The translations under genes and the position numbers were made by a program. A DNA stretch of 64,000 nt from Candidatus Methylomirabilia bacterium (GTDB taxonomy: Bacteria > Methylomirabilota > Methylomirabilia > Rokubacteriales > CSP1-6): assembly GCA_046758965.1 (NCBI GenBank), contig JBHIBG010000008.1:2910-66909 (forward strand), in the 5' to 3' direction. The notes beneath the pieces were generated by a model. That model made no database searches. It was not told the DNA's origin and was given only the letters and a program-made list of their open reading frames with translations. Positions 9,770 to 18,420 of this stretch are shown in pieces. The stretch's first letter is position 1. Each line of letters begins with the position of its first letter.

Positions 9770-10108
9770 CTACCACTTGCCGTTGAGCCAGGCCCGGTAG
9801 GCGTCGAACCATTCCGCGCCGACCGGTGGGCGGGCAGCCCATTCGAGGGCAGTTGCGTTGACCCGGTACGTCCGCCCCTTCCGCCTGCAGATGGCCATGA
9901 TGCCCTGTGGCGTCCCATCCCAGTCGAAGCCACGAACCTCGACTTCCTCTCCGACGACGAGCGCCCTGAACGGGCAGGCGACGTGATCCTCAAACATCAC
10001 CAAGAATCCCTGGTGCTGCTCGTCCGCCGTATAGCAGTCTACGACGGCTTCTTCGATCAATTTACGGAATCGCCGACTGGTCACCTTGCGTTTCCTGTGA
10101 CTAGCCAT
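9770..10108 (-). CDS. CcbP-like (calcium-binding protein family) small protein
   Basis: IEEAVVDCYTADEQ...CPFRALVVGEEVEV...EWFDAYRAW pattern typical of this family. Confidence 0.7.
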   Translation of the reverse strand: MASHRKRKVTSRRFRKLIEEAVVDCYTADEQHQGFLVMFEDHVACPFRALVVGEEVEVRGFDWDGTPQGIMAICRRKGRTYRVNATALEWAARPPVGAEWFDAYRAWLNGKW

Positions 10109-11745
10109 CTCTCATTTTTCTCCGAGCCCGCAGAGTCCGCTCTAAGTTTTTCCCAGATGAGCCGCTTCTTCGCGTACGCCTGCCTGAGGTGGCGCAGGAG
10201 ATCCGCCCACAACCTCGGCTCGTCCAGCAACTGGGAGAGCTCGGCCACGATCGCACCGTAATGGGCGGCCGGCGTGGCTCGAGAGGGCTTGCCGGAGTTG
10301 AGGTGCAGATCCACGAGCTGCCGGTACATGCCACCGGCCAAGCGCGCATACTCCGCTCGACTCAAGGTCCCAGGCTTCTGGAGGATCAGGCGGAGCCAGT
10401 CGTACGGTTTCTCTTTGTCCCGCTTCAGCCTGCTCTGAAGTTCCCTGAGCTTTTTGAATCGGGCGAGGTCCACTCCTTCCGACAGTCTGGCGACGGCGTA
10501 TTTGGCGACGAGCTTGATCTCGTCGAAACCCATCCGACCGCGCCGCCTGGCGATCCCATCCAGGACCTCGCGCTCTCTGCCTTCGGCCAGGAGGAGCCGC
10601 GTTCTCAGGTCCGGCGGATGCCAGAGGCTTCGCTGCGGCGATGCCGAGGCCCGCAGCAGTCTCTCGAACACCGCGCCCCAGTTGGAGAGGTCCTCTGACC
10701 GCCGCTTCAGCGCGGCGAATTCGGCGGCGCCGGGCGCTTCCAGAAAGTGCGCGATCCGGGCCTCCTGGGCGGCGGAGCGATCCCCGCGGGCCTCGCGGGC
10801 CTTGATGAGGGCCTTCGCAAACTCCCCGGAGTGGCCGAACTGCTTCGCCCCCATCTGAGCCAGCCGCGCCACGCTGTCCCACTCCTTTTTTTGCTCATAG
10901 TGGGCGAGGACCTCCTTCAGATAGACGGCGTTCCGGGAAGCGAACCGCTCTTTCAGCGAGAGGACCTCGATCTGATTCCTCCGGACCCTGGCCAGAGCGA
11001 TCAGGCCCTCCACCTCGTCGGGAGAGCCCAGCCGATCTGTCTTGAGCCCTGTCTCCATCGCTGGTAACAGGCGCGCCTTGAGCCGCTCTCTCCCCTCCGC
11101 GTCCAGGGCCCTAGCCAGTCCCATGAAGCCGCCGGCATATCGATGCTTCTTTGCGACCGGGAGGATTTCCGTGATGACCTCGTCCACGCTTCGGCTGGAG
11201 CGGGAGGCCAGAAGGCTTCGGGTGTAGGCTTCAATCACCTTACCGAAGTCCAGGGGGATCGAATCCTCGGGCGCGCCGTGGTTGCCGAGAATATCGGTGG
11301 TCTGCCCGGCCTCCCTGAGAAGCTCCAGGAGCATCCGGTAGGCCTTGGCCGCCTCCGTGTGTCGGTCCGATCGGGTCAGTTCTAACGCCCCTTTCATCAG
11401 ATCGCTGAAGAGCGCGATCCACTCCTCGAACTCCTCTCCATCGTCGCTCAAGTCGTATTCGTCGTACCACCCGCGATCGTCCTCCCAGGAGACAAAGGCT
11501 CCCGAACGCGATTGGGCGCAGAACGCCTCGATTTCATTGAGCAGCGCGGCCGGCCGGGATGCCGAAGCGGACTGGCCTTTCGGTCTCTCCGGCAGATGGC
11601 GCCGAGCCCACCGCTTCTGCTGGTGATACGGCAGGGTCGAGATCTGCTCGGCCAGGAGCTCGACGAGCTTTCCCTCGCCGAGGCGGAGCAGATCGTTGCG
11701 CTGAATGGTCCCCGACTGAGTGGCCGGCTTTCTTCGCGGCATCAC
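10081..11745 (-). CDS. Hypothetical alpha-helical protein (554 aa) with an acidic patch
   Basis: Long ORF with GGAGG RBS, an acidic segment (WEDDRGWYDEYDLSDDGEEFEEW) and helical-repeat character; no catalytic motif recognised. Confidence 0.75.
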   Translation of the reverse strand: MMPRRKPATQSGTIQRNDLLRLGEGKLVELLAEQISTLPYHQQKRWARRHLPERPKGQSASASRPAALLNEIEAFCAQSRSGAFVSWEDDRGWYDEYDLSDDGEEFEEWIALFSDLMKGALELTRSDRHTEAAKAYRMLLELLREAGQTTDILGNHGAPEDSIPLDFGKVIEAYTRSLLASRSSRSVDEVITEILPVAKKHRYAGGFMGLARALDAEGRERLKARLLPAMETGLKTDRLGSPDEVEGLIALARVRRNQIEVLSLKERFASRNAVYLKEVLAHYEQKKEWDSVARLAQMGAKQFGHSGEFAKALIKAREARGDRSAAQEARIAHFLEAPGAAEFAALKRRSEDLSNWGAVFERLLRASASPQRSLWHPPDLRTRLLLAEGREREVLDGIARRRGRMGFDEIKLVAKYAVARLSEGVDLARFKKLRELQSRLKRDKEKPYDWLRLILQKPGTLSRAEYARLAGGMYRQLVDLHLNSGKPSRATPAAHYGAIVAELSQLLDEPRLWADLLRHLRQAYAKKRLIWEKLRADSAGSEKNERWLVTGNAR

Positions 11746-11788
11746 GTGCCCCCTCCAGAGGTTTACGAGCTCTGCCGGTGTCGGTGGG

Positions 11789-12421
11789 TTACCTCATGCC
11801 GAACCGGTTTCGGCAAAACGGGCAGCGGCGCGGAGGCTGAAAGCCCATCTTACGAGAGTGCTTCTGCTCCCCGACCTCGAAGAGAAACGACCGCCCGCAG
11901 ACAGTACAACGCTGGCGAATTGGCTCCAGAGGCGCCTCTGGTGGACGCTCCTGAACGCCGAAGCGACCGCGCCAGGCGAGGAAAAGGCTCTCGGGGTCCC
12001 GCTGGAAGAGGATCCGCAGGGGTGAGCCGAGAAAGTGGATCGGGTCGAAGCGAAAATCAGGCAGGTTGGCGAGGAACGGCGTCCGCCCGCAGTCGATGGC
12101 GTCACATCGAGCCTTGAGCGTTGGACAGTCCCGACGGTGGCAGAGCCGTCCCAGGTAGACGGGGCCCGATCCAAAGACGAAGACCTCCCAGGCGTGGGTG
12201 GTCGAGCTGATCTGACGAGCCGCCTTCGCCAGCGCGACAAGGTCCTCAAGGTCTTGAAGGGCCAGCGCCAAGTCCAGGTCTCCAGGCCACGGATCGCCGG
12301 CGGCGAGGGAGCCCGTCAGCGCAACCTCACGCACCGAGGAAAACTGTCGTATCTTGTTGGCGAAGGTCTCCGCGGCCTCGGTGAAGAGATCCGCCCTTCC
12401 GTGTTCCACCTCTCTCCTCAT
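11789..12421 (-). CDS. Pol-beta-type nucleotidyltransferase fused to a Cys cluster and a C-terminal zinc ribbon
   Basis: ALTGSLAAG...GDLDLAL (GS...DxD), internal CHRRDC...C...C, terminal CTVCGRSFLFEVGEQ...PRRCPFCR. Confidence 0.75.
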   Translation of the reverse strand: MRREVEHGRADLFTEAAETFANKIRQFSSVREVALTGSLAAGDPWPGDLDLALALQDLEDLVALAKAARQISSTTHAWEVFVFGSGPVYLGRLCHRRDCPTLKARCDAIDCGRTPFLANLPDFRFDPIHFLGSPLRILFQRDPESLFLAWRGRFGVQERPPEAPLEPIRQRCTVCGRSFLFEVGEQKHSRKMGFQPPRRCPFCRNRFGMR

Positions 12422-12501
12422 CGCGACCGCATACGAGATCAGATTGGCAAGCTAACCAGCCGTATCGTCGCGGAAGAGGGCTTGGCCCTGATGAGCAACC
12501 C

Positions 12502-13410
12502 CTATTCCTCTGTGAAATAGTCTGTGTCTATCTTCTTCAGCTCGTAGGTTGCGATCGTCGAGACGCCCAAATTGTGATCAATCATCAGCTCGGCCAGTTT
12601 CTGGCCATCTATAAGTACGACCTTGCTCTCGATGCTCGCGGCATAATCAACGGCATCCTTGCTGAACGACGACGTAGTGATGAAGATCCCCTTTCTAGCC
12701 CGTTGTCCCTGCAGGGCCCCAACAAACTTTTGGATTTCCGGCCTTCCTACGGTGTTGGTCCAACGCTTTGCCTGAATGTAGATGATATCTAGACCGAGCT
12801 TGTCCTCTTTGATGATTCCATCGATCCCCTCGTCTCCGGTTCGGCCGATGGCCTGGCCCGCGTCTAAGCGAGAACCGCCGTACCCTATTTTGACCAGTAG
12901 CTCGACCACAAGCTTTTCGAAGAACGTCGCTGGCCAAGTCATGATCTGTTTTAGAAGTTCGCGCGATAGCTCTTCCCTCGTACGCTGGTACGCAAACTCT
13001 AGCTGCTCTTCCGGCGTTTCCGCCACTTGGCCCCCAATTGAGGCTAGCTGGCCTTCCTTTTCTTCCTTCCTGGACTGGAACTCCAGGAACTCGGGAAACT
13101 GGCTCAGGAATTTATCGTCAATTCGGGCAGGATTCTGTGCAAGGACCTGGAGGCCTCTTTCTGTGATCCGGAAGAAACCGCGGCGTGTGCTTTCCAGGAG
13201 GCCCGCCTTTTTCATATATGTCCGTGCCCACCCTACGCGATTGTCAAACGTCGGCTGCCGCCCACTCGGCAGTAAATGTTTTCGGTTCTCCTCGGCCAGA
13301 CCGAATTCGTTGGCCAGGTGGTCTATGGCGTTCCGAAGTGAGGCCTCCTGCGTGTCGGCGGCATATCGCAGAAGTGGAAGCATGATCGTTTGGTAGTCAG
13401 GTACTGCCAT
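12502..13410 (-). CDS. mrr: Mrr type IV restriction endonuclease
   Basis: Mrr_N (PDYQTIMLPLL...LLPSGRQPTFDNRVGWARTYMKKAGLLES) and Mrr_cat (FFEKLVVELL, GDEGIDG, IYIQAKRW, KGIFITTSSF). Confidence 0.95.
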   Translation of the reverse strand: MAVPDYQTIMLPLLRYAADTQEASLRNAIDHLANEFGLAEENRKHLLPSGRQPTFDNRVGWARTYMKKAGLLESTRRGFFRITERGLQVLAQNPARIDDKFLSQFPEFLEFQSRKEEKEGQLASIGGQVAETPEEQLEFAYQRTREELSRELLKQIMTWPATFFEKLVVELLVKIGYGGSRLDAGQAIGRTGDEGIDGIIKEDKLGLDIIYIQAKRWTNTVGRPEIQKFVGALQGQRARKGIFITTSSFSKDAVDYAASIESKVVLIDGQKLAELMIDHNLGVSTIATYELKKIDTDYFTEE

Positions 13411-13546
13411 CGCTCCAGACCCTACAGACCGTGCTTTCATTGACGGTTACGCGAACAGGTCGTATGCGAACTGAGGTGCGCAGCAGCCAGACTTGGTCGG
13501 GCGTATCGGAACTCGATTTCATGTTTTGAGGGGCGAGTATGCAGGC

Positions 13547-13801
13547 CTACGTGGCAGCCGTCCTGACTGGTCGGGGCTCTGGAATGGAGTCACCCCGGTC
13601 CAGCAGCACCCCAATAAGGCTCCGCCGAGCCTCCTTGAGCTCCGCCAGCGCCTCCTCTGGGAAAGCGCCGGTGCCGAGCGGACCAGACACCGCGCCAAAT
13701 TCCGGATGCCGCGCTACATAGTAGATCGAGCCGTCCGCTCGGACGTCCCGTTCGATTTGAACCTCCCACGGAAGAGAGTCGTAGTAGTTGACGTCCTTCA
13801 T
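13547..13801 (-). CDS. HicB-like antitoxin (short form, no obvious DNA-binding domain)
   Basis: YYVARHPEFG...GTGAFPEEALAELKEA...GDSIPEP. ATGA overlap with the upstream HicA-like ORF. Confidence 0.8.
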   Translation of the reverse strand: MKDVNYYDSLPWEVQIERDVRADGSIYYVARHPEFGAVSGPLGTGAFPEEALAELKEARRSLIGVLLDRGDSIPEPRPVRTAAT

Positions 13802-14037
13802 GCCTCATGCCCTCCTTGCGAAATCATGTTCCTTCGCCGCAGCAGCTCATCGATAAGTCGTACGGCTGTTCGAGCATACGCTGGGTCGAGCTCGTCATGC
13901 CTGGGAACTGTCGTATTCAAATCTGGATGATCGGGATGCCGAACTACGATATGTCGCGCTCCTTCGATTACTTCGAAGCCATAGGCACGATAGAGGCGCC
14001 GAAAATCGTCTTGGCCCCACCCGAAGCGCGTTTGTAG
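13798..14037 (-). pseudogene. 5'-truncated HicA-like mRNA interferase
   Basis: Not in the ORF track. Translation LQTRFGWGQDDFRRLYRAYGFEVIEGARHIVVRHPDHPDLNTTVPRHDELDPAYARTAVRLIDELL has HicA G-x-x-H and T-V-P-x-H motifs. No start codon; an in-frame TGA lies inside repeat copy 2. Confidence 0.75.
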
Positions 14038-14070
14038 GCCGAAGCCTCAATCTCAATCTGGCCAGTTTCG
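14035..14070. repeat. 36-bp direct repeat, copy 2
   Basis: TAGGCCGAAGCCTCAATCTCAATCTGGCCAGTTTCG; one mismatch to 9720-9755. Confidence 0.95.
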
Positions 14071-14168
14071 GGTAACGCGCGACATCGGCTCGGAGGTGGC
14101 GGGTTGGCGAAGTGCCGAAGGCATCTTGGCGGAGACCGAAGGCCGGAGGCGCGAACACGTTGTTAGGC
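14070..14168 (-). other. Degenerate attC-like site (integron cassette border)
   Basis: The minus strand begins GCCTAAC (RYYYAAC, containing the Doc stop codon), has internal CCTTCGG hairpins and ends GCGTTACCC. The L boxes do not pair well. Confidence 0.4.
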
Positions 14169-14579
14169 ATGGTCCCGCCGTGGCGCTTGGTGACCGCTGG
14201 CCCGCACATGCCGCCGGACCCACTCAACCATGGCGTCCCGCCCAACGCTCCCGTCCGCAAGTTGGAGCATCAGGCGTTCCTGGGTTTCCGTAGACGCGTC
14301 GAGCTCGTAGCCATTGAGCACGAGAAAGACTTCCATCGCCGCATGGCCAACGCGCTTATTGCCGTCGACAAAGGGGTGGTTACGGATCAGGAAAAAACAA
14401 AGGGCAGCAACCTTGGCAGGCAGATCTGGGTAGAGTTCCTCGCCACCAAAGCTCATGCGCGGTTGAGCAATGGCGGACTCCAGCGCCCCGGTGTCGCGCA
14501 GGCCGCTGGCACCACCCCAACGCTCTAGGACACGACGATGCAGCTCGAGCACCTCGGCGACGCTGAGATACCGGGTCAC
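14163..14579 (-). CDS. Doc/Fic-family toxin (death-on-curing)
   Basis: GLRDTGALESA...NHPFVDGNKRVG Doc motif; GTGA overlap with the upstream antitoxin. Confidence 0.92.
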   Translation of the reverse strand: MTRYLSVAEVLELHRRVLERWGGASGLRDTGALESAIAQPRMSFGGEELYPDLPAKVAALCFFLIRNHPFVDGNKRVGHAAMEVFLVLNGYELDASTETQERLMLQLADGSVGRDAMVEWVRRHVRASGHQAPRRDHA

Positions 14580-14773
14580 GCCAAGCGGCGATACAGTTCA
14601 GCGTTCTTCTCCAAGACGCGCTGAGCGGCTGCGTGGAACGCCTCATCGGGCTGGCTGATGAGATCCCTGACACCGAGCCGTACCAGCTGCGCCACCGTGA
14701 GGCCAACTTGCCCGCCCAGTTCCTCGAGTCGCCGCACCTCTTCATCCGAAAGATTCACCGTGACATCCGGCAT
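14576..14773 (-). CDS. Antitoxin, ribbon-helix-helix-like, partner of Doc
   Basis: MPDVTVNLSDEEVRRLEEL...FHAAAQRVLEKNAELYRRLA; RBS AAGGAGG; directly upstream of doc. Confidence 0.8.
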   Translation of the reverse strand: MPDVTVNLSDEEVRRLEELGGQVGLTVAQLVRLGVRDLISQPDEAFHAAAQRVLEKNAELYRRLA

Positions 14774-15002
14774 GATCAGCCCCCTCCTTATAGGCTCTAC
14801 TTCAAATAGGCTATCACCTTTCCGGGAATGGTGCATAACGCCTCTAGCACTGTTCCAAGTTAATGGACGAATGACTCCCGAACGCCTTCCGCCGAATATG
14901 ATGTCTCGACCATGCGCAACAGATAGCTCGAAATAGTTGGGACGGCACTGATTAGGAGAAAGCGGCTCCGGAACGGATCCTGCTGCGAGATATCACGCGC
15001 CG

Positions 15003-15031
15003 CCTCACGGCGTTGAGAAGGCTCCGTGAGG
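15003..15031 (-). terminator. Stem-loop just downstream of the YciI-like gene, near the island boundary
   Basis: CCTCACGG...CCGTGAGG inverted repeat; no clear U-tract. Confidence 0.35.
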
Positions 15032-15568
15032 TTAGAGCACCCAGAGCAGCGGACGGGCGCTCAGGCTTTCCGGCTTCCAGAAGCCCGTTTCCTGGAGCCA
15101 CCTCCGCGCCTCATCAGGATCGGCGGTCCGGAAGAGGCCAAGCGTCTGCCCGCCCTCGAAGAAGCCTCCGAAGGCGAGACGTCCCGCTCCCCGGAGCTCG
15201 ATCAGCGCGAAGGTTGCCATCTCCGGCTCGGCGGCGACGCCTTCCGCCAGGGTGGCGGTACGGGAGCCGTCGGTGACCACCGGCGGTGAACCCCAAGGCT
15301 CCACGACCTGGCCGAAGCTTCGAAGGCGGTAGCCGGTCCAGACACCGTGGGCGTAGTACGGATCCTCCTCGAGGAGGGGCGTGATCTGATCGGGCTGACG
15401 CACCCGGTAGAAGAGCTCTGCCGTCTGCCCATCCGGCGCCGGTCCACCGCCTATCACGAGCCCACGGGCCCTGAGCTCCAGAAGCCGCTCCAGGTGAGCC
15501 TGGCGGTGCGGGGCGCGGCGCTGCTGGTAGTCGGGGGCCGCGCTGATCATGGCGTGGTAGACGGTCAT
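15032..15568 (-). CDS. YciI-family protein (probably two YCII domains)
   Basis: RRAPHRQAHLERL...GGP...EDPYYAHGVW; the second half is a degenerate repeat of the same fold. Confidence 0.7.
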   Translation of the reverse strand: MTVYHAMISAAPDYQQRRAPHRQAHLERLLELRARGLVIGGGPAPDGQTAELFYRVRQPDQITPLLEEDPYYAHGVWTGYRLRSFGQVVEPWGSPPVVTDGSRTATLAEGVAAEPEMATFALIELRGAGRLAFGGFFEGGQTLGLFRTADPDEARRWLQETGFWKPESLSARPLLWVL

Positions 15569-15682
15569 GGGGATGGATTATAGCAGGGTGCAAGGCGGGC
15601 GGCGTTCTCGGCGCCAAGGAGGCGTGGTACCCTAGGAGAGACACGGAGGGTTCCGATACTCACTGACATCCTGCCTCGGGAG

Positions 15683-18313
15683 TTGGAGGCGGCCTACCGA
15701 GCCGGCCGCCTCAACGCGGAGCACCTCGACCTTTACCGGAGCTTCGCCGCTCGCTATCCCTTTCCCCTGGACCAGTTCCAGGTCACTGCGGTGCGCGCCA
15801 TCCTGGAAGCGGACTCGGTGATCGTGTCAGCGCCCACGGGAGCTGGCAAGACCCTGATCGCCGAGTTCGCCATCTTCCAGGCGCTGGCCCGTCGGCAGCG
15901 GATCGCCTACACCACGCCGCTCAAGGCGCTCTCAAACCAGAAGTACGCTGACTTCTGCCGCCAGTTCGGCGCGGCGGAGGTGGGGATTCTGACGGGCGAT
16001 GTCAAGGTGAACCCGCGGGCTCCTGTTCTCGTGATGACCACCGAGATCCTCCGGAACATGTTCTACACGGGTGGCGTCGAGGGCTTGGGATACGTCGTGC
16101 TGGACGAGTGCCACTACATCGGGAACGAGGGGCGCGGGACGGTCTGGGAAGAGATCATCGTCAGCGCCCCCAAGGAGGTGGCGCTCGTCGCGCTGTCGGC
16201 CACCGTCGCCAACATCGGCGAGATCGCGGAGTGGATCTCTCTGGTCCACCGGCCCATCGTTGTTGTCACCAACCTCGACCGGCCGGTGCCGCTCAGCTAC
16301 CTGGTCGCCGACCTCTCCGGAGAGCTCCATGCGATGGAGGCGGTGCGGCAGGGGACGGTGAGGCTCGATGGGGAGGGAGGCGCCATTCGGCGGCAAGGCC
16401 GGGCCCGAGGCCGCTGGCACGCGCGGCCGGTGGCGGACCCCACTGAAGTGATCGCCGGCCTGGAGGAACGAGGCTGGCTTCCCGCCCTCTACTTCATCTT
16501 CAGCCGCGCGGGGTGCGAGCGGGCCTTGGATGAGTACCTGGCCGAGGGGAAGCCGTTGCTTGCCCGCCCGCAGCGGAAGGAAGTCGACGCCACCATTCGC
16601 GAGGCGATTCAGGAGAGCCCGGGGATGGTCGAGTCCTCCCTGAACCAGACGATCTTCCAGGCTCTCGGGATGGGAGTGGGGCTCCACCACGCGGGCGTCC
16701 TCCCGAGCGTGAAGCGGCTGGTGGAGCGTCTCTTCGAACGCGGCCTCTGCCGCGTGGTCTTTGCCACGGAGACCATGAGTCTCGGCATTCACATGCCCGC
16801 CAAGACCGTCGTCCTCCAGGGCCTGAGCAAGCGCACGGACCGGGGCTTCCGGCGCCTCACCCATAACGAGCTGACCCAGATGGCCGGCCGCGCGGGGCGT
16901 CGGGGGATTGACACGGAAGGGAAGTGCATCGTCGCCCTGGACCGCCGGGATAGCCTCGAGGAGGCGCTCTGGACGGTCGACGGACCTTCCGAGCCGGTCG
17001 AGAGCCAGTTCCGCCTGGGCTACGGCTCGGTGACGCTCCTGCTCGCGACGACAAGCGACCCGGCGACGATCCGCCGCGTGGTGGAATCCTCCTTCGGCCA
17101 GCATCAGAATCTCAAGCGGATCCGCGAACTCGAGTCGGAGACGAGCCAGACCGAGGCGGCCCTGGCCGCGGTGCGCGCCTATGAGGCCCCGTGCGGTGAC
17201 TTCTCCCGGATCGGGCGCTACCGCCAGCTCCGCCAGGAGGTGGAGGCCCGACGGCGGCTTCAGGGTGGGGGCACCAGACGGCGCCAGGTCGCGCTCGCCC
17301 AGGCTGAGCCGGGGCGGCTGGTCCTGGTCCGCCGACGCGGCGGTGGGGGCCTGGCGGCCATCGTTTCCATCCACTCGAGAAGGGGTCACCGCGTCCTGGC
17401 GGACGCGCTCCTCCCCCACGGCTCGCTGGTCCGGATCAAGCCGGCGAACGTGAAGAAGATCTTCTGGGCCACTTCGCCTCTCGCGCTCCCCCGGGACTGG
17501 CGCCAGCGCCAGAGCGGGATCCTGGCGGAGCTGAGGAAGCTGTCTCTCTCCGACCTCCTCCAGCGGGAGGAAGGCCACGGGCCTGAGGCGAAGCTCGCCG
17601 CCATCGAGTGCCACCGCTGCCCGTGGGGGGCCCAGTCCCGGTGCGATCAGGCCTGGAAGGAGATCGAAAAGCTCGACACCAGGCTCGGCCAGCGGACCGA
17701 GATCCTCGAGGCGTTGAGGAACGCCTACTGGCAGGAGTTCTGTCGCGTCGTGGAGGTGCTCGAGCGCTTTGACGCGGTGAAGGCCGGGGCTCTCCTGGCC
17801 AAGGGGCGGCTCATCGCCTCCCTGCGCCACGACAACGAGCTCCTCGTGGCCGAAACGGTCCGGCGGGGGCTTCTCGCCGGCGCCAGCTTGGCCGAAGCCG
17901 CGGCCCTCTGCTCCTGCCTGATCGAGGAGGCGCGCTCCGGCGACGGCGCCGTTGTCCGGCGCTTCCTGAAACAGCGCTCCCGGCTCCGGAAGACGCTCCG
18001 CCAGCTCGAGACGGTTGGCGAGATTGTCCTGGAGGCCCAGCGCCAGCATCACCTGGGGCTTCCGTGCTCAGTTCAGCCCGGCTTCATGCCGGCGGTCTAC
18101 CGCTGGGCGTCGGGGGACGACGACTGGGCCGGGATCGTCGAAAACGACTTCGGTGGCCACGAGGGCGACCTGATCCGGGCCATGCGCCGGCTGATCGACC
18201 TGCTCCGCCAGCTTGCAGAGGCCCCTGAGGTGCTATCGCCACTCGGGACGCTTCTCGGCCAGGCCGCCCGGGCCATTGACCGCGGGGTCGTCCTCGAGTC
18301 CGCCCTGATCTAA
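15683..18313 (+). CDS. Ski2/HelY-like DExH RNA helicase with DSHCT C-terminus
   Basis: YPFPLDQFQ, APTGAGKT, TTPLKALSNQK, DECHY, LSAT, HHAG, QMAGRAGRRG, EGDLIRAMRRLIDLLRQL. Start uncertain. Confidence 0.92.
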   Translation: MEAAYRAGRLNAEHLDLYRSFAARYPFPLDQFQVTAVRAILEADSVIVSAPTGAGKTLIAEFAIFQALARRQRIAYTTPLKALSNQKYADFCRQFGAAEVGILTGDVKVNPRAPVLVMTTEILRNMFYTGGVEGLGYVVLDECHYIGNEGRGTVWEEIIVSAPKEVALVALSATVANIGEIAEWISLVHRPIVVVTNLDRPVPLSYLVADLSGELHAMEAVRQGTVRLDGEGGAIRRQGRARGRWHARPVADPTEVIAGLEERGWLPALYFIFSRAGCERALDEYLAEGKPLLARPQRKEVDATIREAIQESPGMVESSLNQTIFQALGMGVGLHHAGVLPSVKRLVERLFERGLCRVVFATETMSLGIHMPAKTVVLQGLSKRTDRGFRRLTHNELTQMAGRAGRRGIDTEGKCIVALDRRDSLEEALWTVDGPSEPVESQFRLGYGSVTLLLATTSDPATIRRVVESSFGQHQNLKRIRELESETSQTEAALAAVRAYEAPCGDFSRIGRYRQLRQEVEARRRLQGGGTRRRQVALAQAEPGRLVLVRRRGGGGLAAIVSIHSRRGHRVLADALLPHGSLVRIKPANVKKIFWATSPLALPRDWRQRQSGILAELRKLSLSDLLQREEGHGPEAKLAAIECHRCPWGAQSRCDQAWKEIEKLDTRLGQRTEILEALRNAYWQEFCRVVEVLERFDAVKAGALLAKGRLIASLRHDNELLVAETVRRGLLAGASLAEAAALCSCLIEEARSGDGAVVRRFLKQRSRLRKTLRQLETVGEIVLEAQRQHHLGLPCSVQPGFMPAVYRWASGDDDWAGIVENDFGGHEGDLIRAMRRLIDLLRQLAEAPEVLSPLGTLLGQAARAIDRGVVLESALI

Positions 18314-18420
18314 CTCCGCGCGACCAGCCAGGTGGTAGACTGGCTCTCCGTTGAGGGGTGGTCCTCGCGGCGAGCGCGATCTGAGAGAATGGATGGGGAA
18401 ATGCACGGGAGGAGAAGGCC

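Noticed and set aside
9720-14070. 36-bp repeat read as a CRISPR repeat
   Set aside because: The length fits, but there are only two copies 4.3 kb apart, with no spacer array and no cas genes.
13895-14260. 121-aa minus-strand ORF and overlapping plus-strand ORFs in the TA region
   Set aside because: They run through the attC-like site and the repeat with no motifs; the HicA and Doc frames explain the sequence better.
7190-14960. Prophage or complete transposon/ICE
   Set aside because: No integrase, transposase, phage structural or conjugation gene was recognised in the window, so it is reported only as an accessory island.
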